From contig JAFGGI010000062.1 in assembly GCA_016930635.1 (NCBI GenBank), forward strand, positions 12,463-76,462: a DNA stretch of 64,000 nucleotides, read 5' to 3'. Below are positions 18,320 through 26,380 of the stretch, piece after piece. The notes beneath the pieces were generated by a model, which worked only from the letters and a program-made list of their open reading frames with translations, ran no database searches and had not been told where the DNA came from. Position numbers and translations under genes: made by a program. Source of the stretch: Sedimentisphaerales bacterium. GTDB lineage: Bacteria; Planctomycetota; Phycisphaerae; Sedimentisphaerales; UBA12454. Positions within the stretch are counted from its first letter, which is position 1. Every line of letters begins with the position of its first letter.

Positions 18320-19987
18320 GTGAGTCAAAACGAGCTGAATAAAACATCTGTACTTATTGTCGGGGCCGGGCCTGCGGGATTAGCTGCGGCTATTACGCTG
18401 AAAAATAAACAGCCTGAGGCCGAAATCTGTGTAATCGATAAGGCAGCAGAGGCAGGGAACCATAATCTTTCAGGTGCGATACTTGAGCCTGATTGTTTGA
18501 GTACACTGCTGGATACTATCAATAAGGACTGGAAAGAATCCGAGCAGGCGCAAGATGTATTGGCTTATAAAGTAACGAAAGATAATCTGCTGTTTTTGGC
18601 GAGTAAGAATTTTCATTTCAGTATTGCATTTTCGATAAAAATAGCTAAGAAGTTCAATTTGAATTTCGGGCAGATGAGTTACGAAGGCAATTATATCGTA
18701 TCTATAAGCAAGCTGACAAAATGGCTGTGCCAGACAGCGAAAGAGATGGGGATTGAAGTGATACACGGTTTTGCGGCTGAAGATATAATTTATGATGCGG
18801 AAAATGGTGTCGCGACGGGTGTAAAACTTGTCGATCAGGGACTGGATAAGGAAGGCAATAAGCAGCCTAACTATACCGAGGGGGAAATTATAAATGCTGA
18901 TATGATAATACTTGCTGAGGGGTGCGATGGGCTTTTGACGGAAAAGTTTATCGAAAAGGCGGGATTAGTTCGGCAGGCAAATCAGCTTTATTCGGTCGGC
19001 GTCAAAGAGGTTATCAGGGTAAGTGATGCGCAGTTTAAGAAATTTACCGCTGGGCGAGTGGTTCATGCAATGGGATATCCTATCTGGACGCCTGTGCTTG
19101 GGCCGGGGATGTTCGGCGGAGGTGTGCTGATGCCGGTGAGTGAAAATCATATCTGGGTGGGAATGATAGTCGGGCTGGATTGGAAATATTGTGATTTCAG
19201 CCCGCAGGATGCGCTGACGAATTTTAAGAATCAGAGGTTCGTAAGAAAATTTATCGAAGGCGGGACGATAGTCGAGGCTGGTGCGAAAATGATTCCGGAA
19301 GGCGGGTATTATGCCCTGCCGCGGAATCCTGCGACCAGCGGTATCGGCAAAGGTAATGTTCTTATACTTGGCGATGGTGCTGGGTTCGTGAATATGCTCA
19401 AGATAAAGGGATTGCACAACGCGATAAAGTCCGGCATCGCGGCGGGAAGAGCGATTGCAGAGTGTGAAAATAATCCTGCAGCGACTGTGTCGAAATATAC
19501 GGAGCTGCTGAATACCTTAGGTGTGATGAGGGAGATGAAAGATGCGGCGAAGTTCAGGCAGACGGTCGCGAAATTAGGGCCGTTGATTGGTATGCCGATA
19601 TCTGTGTTCGGTGATAAGCTGCCTTTGTTTAAAGTCGAAAAAGATTACCTGGTTATGACAAGCAAGAAATATAAATATAAGCCGGGCAAAAGCTATGACA
19701 AAGATACTTTTACCGCACTTGCTGCAACTGAACATCGGGAAGAACAGCCGAGCCACTTGACTATTATCAACAGAAATACGTGTGCACAGGAATGCAGGGA
19801 AAAATATGATTCGCCCTGTATTACATTTTGCCCGGCAGGAGTATATGAAATGATAGCTGGCCAGGTCAAACCTGCCAATCCGTCAAACTGCCTGCACTGC
19901 AAGACCTGTCAGAGGAAATGCCCGCTGGATAATATCCGCTGGACTGTGCCGGAAGGAGGAGGCGGACCGAGGTATAAGACGGTGTGA
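18320..19987 (+). CDS. electron-transfer flavoprotein:quinone oxidoreductase (FixC-FixX-like fusion)
   Basis: 555 aa with the FAD motif VLIVGAGPAGLAAA and C-terminal ferredoxin-like CITFCPAGVYE...CLHCKTCQRKCP. GTG start 2 nt after the etf stop. Confidence 0.85.
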   Translation: MSQNELNKTSVLIVGAGPAGLAAAITLKNKQPEAEICVIDKAAEAGNHNLSGAILEPDCLSTLLDTINKDWKESEQAQDVLAYKVTKDNLLFLASKNFHFSIAFSIKIAKKFNLNFGQMSYEGNYIVSISKLTKWLCQTAKEMGIEVIHGFAAEDIIYDAENGVATGVKLVDQGLDKEGNKQPNYTEGEIINADMIILAEGCDGLLTEKFIEKAGLVRQANQLYSVGVKEVIRVSDAQFKKFTAGRVVHAMGYPIWTPVLGPGMFGGGVLMPVSENHIWVGMIVGLDWKYCDFSPQDALTNFKNQRFVRKFIEGGTIVEAGAKMIPEGGYYALPRNPATSGIGKGNVLILGDGAGFVNMLKIKGLHNAIKSGIAAGRAIAECENNPAATVSKYTELLNTLGVMREMKDAAKFRQTVAKLGPLIGMPISVFGDKLPLFKVEKDYLVMTSKKYKYKPGKSYDKDTFTALAATEHREEQPSHLTIINRNTCAQECREKYDSPCITFCPAGVYEMIAGQVKPANPSNCLHCKTCQRKCPLDNIRWTVPEGGGGPRYKTV

Positions 19988-20025
19988 AAATTCGATATTC
20001 GAATTTCGGGTTTTCCCTTCAATAT

Positions 20026-20535
20026 TCATTTCTTAACCACTCCGCCTAATACATGTCCTGACGCTACTGAGTACAGTCTACTCTTTTCTTCTGTATTGAC
20101 ATGACAGGCAACGACTTTGCCGACGAAGATTATATGGTCGCCTGCCTCAAGTTCGCTTTCTAATGTGCATTCGAAATTCGCTACCGCATCTTCCAGTATC
20201 ACCGAATCAATTTCCTCCGCCGGTATGTGTTTACAATTTCCCTCTGCGAGTTTGTCGATATCCCTTCCGCTGTGAGTCCCGAAGAACATCACATCATCTG
20301 TCATCTCATCGGTCGGGTACACTATCGTGAAGCACTTGCTGTGCCTGATAGCCGCCGTCGTATGTCTCTTGGGCGTAAGTGCGATCGCGAACATCGGCGG
20401 AGAACCGCTGGCTATCATACTCCAGCCGATAGTTACAGGATTCATTTTCCCGTTTTCATCCTTAGCGATAGCTACTATTATCGGCTCAGGATACTTTGTC
20501 TTTATCGCCATACCGTAATCAGCTTTTTTCTGCAT
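20026..20535 (-). CDS. flavin reductase-like FMN-binding domain protein
   Basis: The track ORF extends to 20580 through a repeat module. I prefer the MQKKADYG start at 20535. NPVTIGWSMIASGSPPMFAIAL is typical of the family. Confidence 0.65.
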   Translation of the reverse strand: MQKKADYGMAIKTKYPEPIIVAIAKDENGKMNPVTIGWSMIASGSPPMFAIALTPKRHTTAAIRHSKCFTIVYPTDEMTDDVMFFGTHSGRDIDKLAEGNCKHIPAEEIDSVILEDAVANFECTLESELEAGDHIIFVGKVVACHVNTEEKSRLYSVASGHVLGGVVKK

Positions 20536-20552
20536 TTTTTCGCCTCCTATAA

Positions 20553-20925
20553 GAAACCACGAATGAACACAAAGGAACACTTTTTAGAAATCACTGATTT
20601 CGCTGATTAAAATGATTATTAATCAACAAAAATCGGCGTTCCGTCGTCGCCAATCCTCCGTCGCACTATGTGCTGTGTAGGACAGGGGCTATGACGGATA
20701 AAAATCTGCGATTGAACATATTTCCTTACACACTGGATTAATGTCCATTCTTATTCTCCGCGCATCGGCAAGCCTTGTCAAACTATTTTAATCCACCCTA
20801 AAAAACCTCAATATCACTATACTCCTATAGAGTATACTTCATAGGAGAGTAGTGTAAATTCGTGTTTATTCGTGGTTAATTCAATATCCGATAACTGATA
20901 ACCGATAACCGTTAACTGATTCTTC
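20553..20925. repeat. intergenic repeat mosaic including a 40-bp near-perfect palindrome (20815-20854)
   Basis: accacgaat(g/a)aacac occurs in inverted copies at 20555-20575 and 20860-20882. Also present are a ccgtcgtcgcc...ggctatgacgg module (20640-20703) and ccgataac tandems (20888-20925). Confidence 0.75.
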
Positions 20926-21005
20926 AAAGATTTAACAATTTGCAATTCTGCTCATTTTCGTTTAGAATCCTGCTTTTGATTAACTTGTTTTTAAGGAGTG
21001 GGTAA

Positions 21006-21818
21006 ATGGCAAAGATAGGATTTATAGGTATAGGCAATATGGCCGAGGCCGTCATCAAGGGCATTATTACTGCAGAAGTTTACCAACCGGCTGAAATACT
21101 CGTCAGCGACATCCGCTCGGACCGTCTCAAACAGGTCTGCGACCAATACAAAATAGTCTCAGCGCCTATTAATAAAGATATTGCCAGATCTGTTGACCTG
21201 CTCGTCTTAAGCGTAAAGCCTCAGAACATGGTCGATGTCCTCGAAGAGATAAAAGGTGTTATATCCCCTGATCTTTTAGTAGTTTCTATTGCCGCCGGCT
21301 TTGTAACCTCTCGTATTCAGCAGATCCTCGGAGACGTCCCCGTAATCCGCGTTATGCCCAATACTCCTGCCCTTATAGCTGTCGGTGCAGCCGGTCTGTA
21401 CGCGACAAAACAGGCCGAAAAGAGATTGCCCGAAGTCGAGAAAATATTCTCTGCTGTAGGCCTGGCTGTGGTGGTAAAGGATGAGAAATTGATGGACATT
21501 GTAACAGCCGTCAGCGGCTCAGGTCCTGCATATTTCTTCTTACTTATGGAGGAGATGATAAAATCTGCTGAAAAACTGGGCCTGCCTGACGAACTTGCCG
21601 AAAAGCTTGTTCTGCAGACCGCTCAGGGCGCAGGCCTTCTTGCTGTTGAAGCTCGAGGCAGAAACGAATCACCTGCGGTTTTGAGGAAGAAGGTAACTTC
21701 TCCTGGCGGGACGACCCAGGCTGCTTTGAAAGTCTTTTCACAGTGCAGCTTTGAACAGATGGTTTACGATGCTGTCAAAGCCGCTGCCGACAGAAGCGAA
21801 GAACTTTCCAGCGGATAA
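21006..21818 (+). CDS. proC: pyrroline-5-carboxylate reductase
   Basis: 270 aa with KIGFIGIGNMAEA, VRVMPNTPA and VTSPGGTT motifs. Confidence 0.95.
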   Translation: MAKIGFIGIGNMAEAVIKGIITAEVYQPAEILVSDIRSDRLKQVCDQYKIVSAPINKDIARSVDLLVLSVKPQNMVDVLEEIKGVISPDLLVVSIAAGFVTSRIQQILGDVPVIRVMPNTPALIAVGAAGLYATKQAEKRLPEVEKIFSAVGLAVVVKDEKLMDIVTAVSGSGPAYFFLLMEEMIKSAEKLGLPDELAEKLVLQTAQGAGLLAVEARGRNESPAVLRKKVTSPGGTTQAALKVFSQCSFEQMVYDAVKAAADRSEELSSG

Positions 21819-21824
21819 ATCGAG

Positions 21825-22007
21825 TTATTCTATCGAGATAGCTTCTACTGGGCACTCATCTGCTGCCTGTTGAACGGCGTCTTCGAATTGCGGCGGCACT
21901 TCTTCGACGATAACTTCTGCTCTTTCGTCGCCCATCTCGAATACTTCCGGGCAGGTCTCTACACAAAGCCCGCACGCCGTGCACGTATCATCTATACTTA
22001 CGTTCAT
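21825..22007 (-). CDS. small ferredoxin (single Fe-S cluster type)
   Basis: 60 aa with CTACGLCVETCPEVF...ECPVEAI. Confidence 0.8.
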   Translation of the reverse strand: MNVSIDDTCTACGLCVETCPEVFEMGDERAEVIVEEVPPQFEDAVQQAADECPVEAISIE

Positions 22008-22082
22008 TTCTTTTCCCTGATACTTTCACATCTTTTTTTAACAAGGCGGCTAACTTGCTAAAGCACACCTTTCTCTTTTAAG

Positions 22083-22180
22083 GCGGCCGGGTTTGCCAGG
22101 CACAACAGGACATCCACTTATGGCTGCTCGCTTCCGCGCCTCACCAGGTTCATGGGTCCGGATAGTCTGGGACCCGGCCG
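22083..22180 (-). ncRNA. ffs: signal recognition particle RNA (small 4.5S type)
   Basis: Minus strand reads CGGCCGGGU...AACCUGGUGAGGCGCGGAAGCGAGCAGCCAUAAG...GUGCCUGGCAAACCCGGCCG. This matches the conserved helix-8 core of E. coli 4.5S (ACCAGGUCAGGUCCGGAAGGAAGCAGCCAAGG...GUGCCGGG). The 5' and 3' ends pair (CGGCCGGG with CCCGGCCG). Confidence 0.85.
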
Positions 22181-22242
22181 TGATTAAAGATAATTCAATC
22201 GTGATTGAGCATAATTCAACGGTGATTGAATATAATTCCAAT
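22180..22242. repeat. three tandem 21-bp repeats GTGATTrArnATAATTCmA abutting the SRP RNA 5' end
   Basis: The copies lie at 22180-22200, 22201-22221 and 22222-22242. Confidence 0.7.
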
Positions 22243-22360
22243 ATTAACAAAGAGCTAAATCATAATTTATTAAAGGGGTAATTCTAATGGCTCAGGCTCA
22301 AATGGCAAGGAGAAATTGGGCTGTTTTGCGGTTCAAAAAAGGTGGAAAAAACAATAGAAT

Positions 22361-22389
22361 TTGACTAATTCAACAAGGCAAATTATCAT
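22361..22389 (+). promoter_or_regulatory. sigma70-like promoter for dnaX
   Basis: TTGACT (22361-22366), 17 nt, TATCAT (22384-22389). Confidence 0.4.
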
Positions 22390-22429
22390 AGTTATCAGTA
22401 AATTGTAAAAAGACCAAACCGGAGTAAAA

Positions 22430-24112
22430 ATGGCCTATACAGTCCTGGCAAGAAGATACCGCTCACAAACATTCGACGATGTAGTCGGACAAAATGCGAT
22501 ATCCAGCACCCTGAAAAACGCTATCAAATCCGATAAAGTGGCTCACGCATACCTGTTCACAGGCACACGAGGTGTAGGTAAGACCACAATGGCCCGGATA
22601 TTAGCTAAAAGCCTGAACTGCCTCGAAAGCGATTCGCCCACAACCAAACCCTGCCTGAAATGCGACAGCTGCATATCCGTAAATACCGGCGAAGATATAG
22701 ATGTTATCGAAATCGACGGGGCGTCAAACCGCGGGATAGAAAATGTACGCGAACTTAGACAAAACGCCTCATATAAACCCGCAAGAGCAAGGTTCAAGAT
22801 ATATATAATCGACGAAGTACATATGCTTACAACAGAGGCGTTCAACGCACTGCTCAAAATTTTAGAAGAGCCGCCCAGCCATGTAAAATTTATATTCGCT
22901 ACCACAGAACCTAATAAAGTACTTGCCACCATACAATCCAGATGCCAGCGGTTCGATTTTTCCAATATCAGTCCAGCAGACATTATGGGGCAGCTAAAAA
23001 ATATCCTCACAAAAGAAAAAATCGGGTTCGAAGATGATTGTATTATAGCACTGGCCCGTCTTGCCAACGGGTCAATGAGAGATGGCTTGAGTTTAGTTGA
23101 TCAGCTTATCAGTACCGGCGCTGAGAAATTAACTGTTGATATGCTTGAAGAGTTTCTGGGTCAGCCTAACCGTCAAAAAATATATGAATTACTGTCCAAC
23201 ATCGGTTCATCCGATGCCGGACAGACACTTACCTGTATAGATTCTCTTATAAATTCCGGGATGGGATGTGTAAGTATTCTCGATAGCTTAATCGAATCTG
23301 TTCGGGATATGATGGTACTAAAGGCCTCAGGCTCAGCTAAACAGTCTGCGGTAATTTTAACAGAGGCTGAGAAACAGAAGCTGTTGGAAATTTCAGAGGC
23401 GTTCGATGTGCCTGCGCTGGTTTATGATGTAACACTTCTGGAAAAATTACGCTGGCCTATAAAGAACAGCGATAATCCAAGAGCACTGTTGGAGTCTGCA
23501 ATGCTGAGGTTAGCACTGAGTGAACATTTTATGAATATCACGGAATTATTAGGCACAAAGGCACAAAGGGACAAAGGCACAAAGACAGAGGGGGTAAAAA
23601 AAAAGATAGGGACACGGACAAATACACGGACTGAAACTGAAACACGGACGGACACAGACTTAGAGACACAGACTGAGATTCAAACCGGGCCGGTGTTTGC
23701 TTCGGGGACTGATATTGAAGAGATAAAAAGTAATTGGCCAAGGGTGGTGGACTTTGCGCGGGGCAAAGCCAATTCAAGAATTGCGGATCTGTTAAGCAAG
23801 GCTGTGCCTTTAAAGTTTTCGGGAAGTAAGTTTACGCTGGGGTTTGAAAAAAATGATGAATTTTCAATGAAGCTTTGCGCAGATAGCGGGCGGTTAGAGG
23901 TAATTGAATCTGTTTTGTCCGAGGCGCTGGGGGTTAGTGTAAAACCTGCATTTGAAATCGTTGATAACGGAAAGACGGCTGCCCGGCCGAGACCTGCCGG
24001 GGCGAGGACAAGCCAAAAGACCATTGATGAGGCGGCGAATACAGAGGCGATTAAAACGATACTGTTCGAATTAGATGCGAATATTATTGAAGTAAAGGAA
24101 GAGAGTAATTAA
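22430..24112 (+). CDS. dnaX: DNA polymerase III subunit tau (gamma product possible by recoding)
   Basis: 560 aa with AYLFTGTRGVGKTT (Walker A), the Zn module CLKCDSCISV, DEVHML and SRCQRF. Confidence 0.95.
   Translation: MAYTVLARRYRSQTFDDVVGQNAISSTLKNAIKSDKVAHAYLFTGTRGVGKTTMARILAKSLNCLESDSPTTKPCLKCDSCISVNTGEDIDVIEIDGASNRGIENVRELRQNASYKPARARFKIYIIDEVHMLTTEAFNALLKILEEPPSHVKFIFATTEPNKVLATIQSRCQRFDFSNISPADIMGQLKNILTKEKIGFEDDCIIALARLANGSMRDGLSLVDQLISTGAEKLTVDMLEEFLGQPNRQKIYELLSNIGSSDAGQTLTCIDSLINSGMGCVSILDSLIESVRDMMVLKASGSAKQSAVILTEAEKQKLLEISEAFDVPALVYDVTLLEKLRWPIKNSDNPRALLESAMLRLALSEHFMNITELLGTKAQRDKGTKTEGVKKKIGTRTNTRTETETRTDTDLETQTEIQTGPVFASGTDIEEIKSNWPRVVDFARGKANSRIADLLSKAVPLKFSGSKFTLGFEKNDEFSMKLCADSGRLEVIESVLSEALGVSVKPAFEIVDNGKTAARPRPAGARTSQKTIDEAANTEAIKTILFELDANIIEVKEESN
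23594..23605 (+). other. slippery A9G run (A AAA AAG in the 0 frame) inside dnaX; candidate frameshift or transcriptional-slippage site
   Basis: The codons are gta aaa aaa aag, in frame with the dnaX start at 22430. The -1 frame stops after 9 codons and the +1 frame after AGA. Confidence 0.5.
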
Positions 24113-24120
24113 ACGGTTGC

Positions 24121-24330
24121 GGTCCCGTTAGGGATGCCTTACGGTATTGCGAGGCTCGTTACGGTTGTCGTTTAATGGTTGCGTAAAAGTTTTTTAATCG
24201 CTGATTATGCTGATTACTAATTGTTTAGCCTCGCCATCCCCGATGGCGGGGTTTTTTATCGTTATCATTCTAACCCTGCCATACAAGATGGCAGGGCTAA
24301 CCAGACCCGCTAGTCCCCGGCGGGTTAAGG
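24121..24330. repeat. REP-like hairpin cluster flanking the RAYT-like gene
   Basis: It contains tagggatgccttacgg, tttagcctcgccatccccgatggcgggg, aaccctgccatacaagatggcagggctaacc and cccgctagtccccggcggg. Confidence 0.75.
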
Positions 24331-24777
24331 GTTGTGATTTTTTACATATTTGACTTTTTGTTCTATTTCTCTGTCCGTAAAACAGAATCTTTTATCAAAT
24401 CCTCTTGACCATACTTTACCATTCATGCCTGCCTTATTGAGGACGAAAGAAGACCGGCGTTTATATCGGTGCACAATTTGTTCGATAGATTTTGACGACA
24501 CTCCTGCAACGAGGTGTACATGGTTTGAATAGACGGTAATTGCGAATATATTCTGGTTGATCTTCTGTGCCTCCTGAAGTATTGCATTGCGGACAAGTTG
24601 TTTTTGACCTGGATTGAGTTTGACTGTTTGAGAGTTTTGTTGGTTTTTATTGGCAGTTTTAAGTTTTTTATTGCCCGGCAAAATTACACCGTTTTTTACA
24701 TATCCTCTTTCATCACCCTGCAGCCAGGTGCCATAAGTTGTCCACGTAACCATATAACCGATTAACTTTACCATCAA
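24325..24777 (-). CDS. IS200/Y1-transposase-like HUH protein (RAYT-like)
   Basis: 150 aa with YMVTWTTYGTWLQGDERGYV, the HUH motif SNHVHLV and a C-terminal KYVKNHNP (Y..NP). Confidence 0.65.
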   Translation of the reverse strand: MMVKLIGYMVTWTTYGTWLQGDERGYVKNGVILPGNKKLKTANKNQQNSQTVKLNPGQKQLVRNAILQEAQKINQNIFAITVYSNHVHLVAGVSSKSIEQIVHRYKRRSSFVLNKAGMNGKVWSRGFDKRFCFTDREIEQKVKYVKNHNP

Positions 24778-24803
24778 TAATAATAATTCAAAATTTTAAA
24801 GTG

Positions 24804-25415
24804 TTATTTTTTGCTGAAAGCTCGCTTGATCGGTTTCTGCCAAGTATCTGGTACAAGAGGGAACAGGCATGGTTCACGAGCTTGAAGTAATAGATTATAT
24901 TTTTGAAACAAGTCCTCCATAAGTTTGATAAAGTCATCCAGATTCTTGCTGAATTTATCAGGTTCAAGTACACTAAGGCTATTATAGCTACCTTTAAAGT
25001 CAAAATGCGCTACTCTTTTGTCAACCCACTTGCTTATGGGTAATGAGGTGCGCTCTATTTTTTTTATATCATTTTCAATTTCAGTTTTATTGATGCGATT
25101 CGCTATTGGAATAGCCTCATAATAGTCAAATATATCTTCTAATAATATGCGGAAAGAGATGGTGTTATATTTTTTGTGTTTATAATTTTTCTTTTCCACT
25201 AACATTCTTACGATTATTCCTGTTGTCCCAAAGTAATTTTGTGTAAGCCAATGGTAAAATATGCGTTTTCCTCCCCAAAGACGATGCCATTCACTTGTCC
25301 TTTTTATTTCCTCATATACATGATTTGACCATTCTAACCAACTAATTTGCTGACATATTTGCTTAAACCACCTTTTCCATTTTCTTCTTAGATTTTGTTT
25401 TTCTTGTTGTGTCAT
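24804..25415 (-). CDS. hypothetical protein (weak AbiU2/HEPN-like resemblance)
   Basis: 203-aa ORF that looks AT-rich by eye. It contains ISKWVDKRVAHFD. The R-to-H spacing is non-canonical, so the family call is tentative. Confidence 0.3.
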   Translation of the reverse strand: MTQQEKQNLRRKWKRWFKQICQQISWLEWSNHVYEEIKRTSEWHRLWGGKRIFYHWLTQNYFGTTGIIVRMLVEKKNYKHKKYNTISFRILLEDIFDYYEAIPIANRINKTEIENDIKKIERTSLPISKWVDKRVAHFDFKGSYNSLSVLEPDKFSKNLDDFIKLMEDLFQKYNLLLQAREPCLFPLVPDTWQKPIKRAFSKK

Positions 25416-25540
25416 GTTCTTTTCCTATTTACGTTTTGTTGAATTTATGTGACCTCCTCAGAATAGCCTTATCGATTTTACATTGTTTTTTTGTAATTTC
25501 AAGTGTTGTTTTTGGGTTGTTTTTGTCCAATATTGGTCGA

Positions 25541-25568
25541 AAGCGCGCAAGTAAAAACTTGCGCGCTT
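25541..25568. repeat. perfect 12-bp stem palindrome AAGCGCGCAAGT-AAAA-ACTTGCGCGCTT
   Basis: Read directly. The left arm with its 5' flank (TTGGyCrAAAGCGCGCAAGT) is repeated at 25643-25662. Confidence 0.7.
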
Positions 25569-25726
25569 GGAAAAAATAAAAAATTTTTTCTCCCTTCCAC
25601 ATAAACACTTACGATTACGGACAAAATTTTCTTTTTACATATTTGGCCAAAAGCGCGCAAGTTTTTCCTTATATATAGAGGGACTTATATATTGAAGATT
25701 GAAGAATGAATATTGGATATTGAATT

Positions 25727-26380
25727 ATGAAAAAAGTATTTTTGCCAATTTATTACCCAACGATCATTGAGAACATAATCCTGTTTTTCCTTTTACGCTG
25801 GCGGAAGAGGTATTACGGCGTTGCGTTTAGAAGAATTAAATTAATAAAGGACAAATCTTCCGTCTCAAAAAGAGGTGAAGACCGGTATGCGCTCGTGGAT
25901 CCACAAGACTATCAAAAATTAATTGGCTATCCCTGGCAGCTCTTGGAAAATAGAGCTACTAATTATTATGCTGCCCGGCTGGAAAATAGACGAGTCATAT
26001 CTATGCATCGAGAAATTATGAATGCTCCAAAGGGCAGGATAGTTGACCATATAGATGGAATAGGACTAAACAATACAAGACAAAACCTGCGGATTGGTAC
26101 TGTCTCGCAGAATAATATGAATCGAAAAAGAAGAAATAAAAATTTTAGTTCGAAGTATAAAGGAGTTACATGGCATAAGGACCAAAAGAAATGGCGGGTT
26201 TGTATATCTTATAATGGCGAAAGAAAACGTTTAGGGGCTTTCGAAAATGAAGAAGATGCCGCAAAGGCTTATGACAAAGCGGCAAAAATCTATCATGGCC
26301 GGTATGCAGTACTGAATTTTGAGGACGAAGAAGTAAAAGAGCGAAGGGAGAGGATAATAAAAGTGTGCGGGTGGATTTAG
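25727..26380 (+). CDS. HNH endonuclease fused to an AP2/ERF-type DNA-binding domain, with a hydrophobic N-terminal segment
   Basis: 217 aa with VDHIDGIGLNNTRQNLRIGTVSQNNMN (HNH) and SKYKGVTWHKDQKKWRVCISYNGERKRLGAFENEEDAAKAYDKAAKIYHGRYAVLNFE (AP2). Confidence 0.8.
   Translation: MKKVFLPIYYPTIIENIILFFLLRWRKRYYGVAFRRIKLIKDKSSVSKRGEDRYALVDPQDYQKLIGYPWQLLENRATNYYAARLENRRVISMHREIMNAPKGRIVDHIDGIGLNNTRQNLRIGTVSQNNMNRKRRNKNFSSKYKGVTWHKDQKKWRVCISYNGERKRLGAFENEEDAAKAYDKAAKIYHGRYAVLNFEDEEVKERRERIIKVCGWI

Noticed and set aside
22050-22281. ORFs 22050-22250 (-) and 22093-22281 (+)
   Set aside because: Both overlap the SRP RNA and its tandem repeats. The RNA assignment explains the conservation-like signal better.
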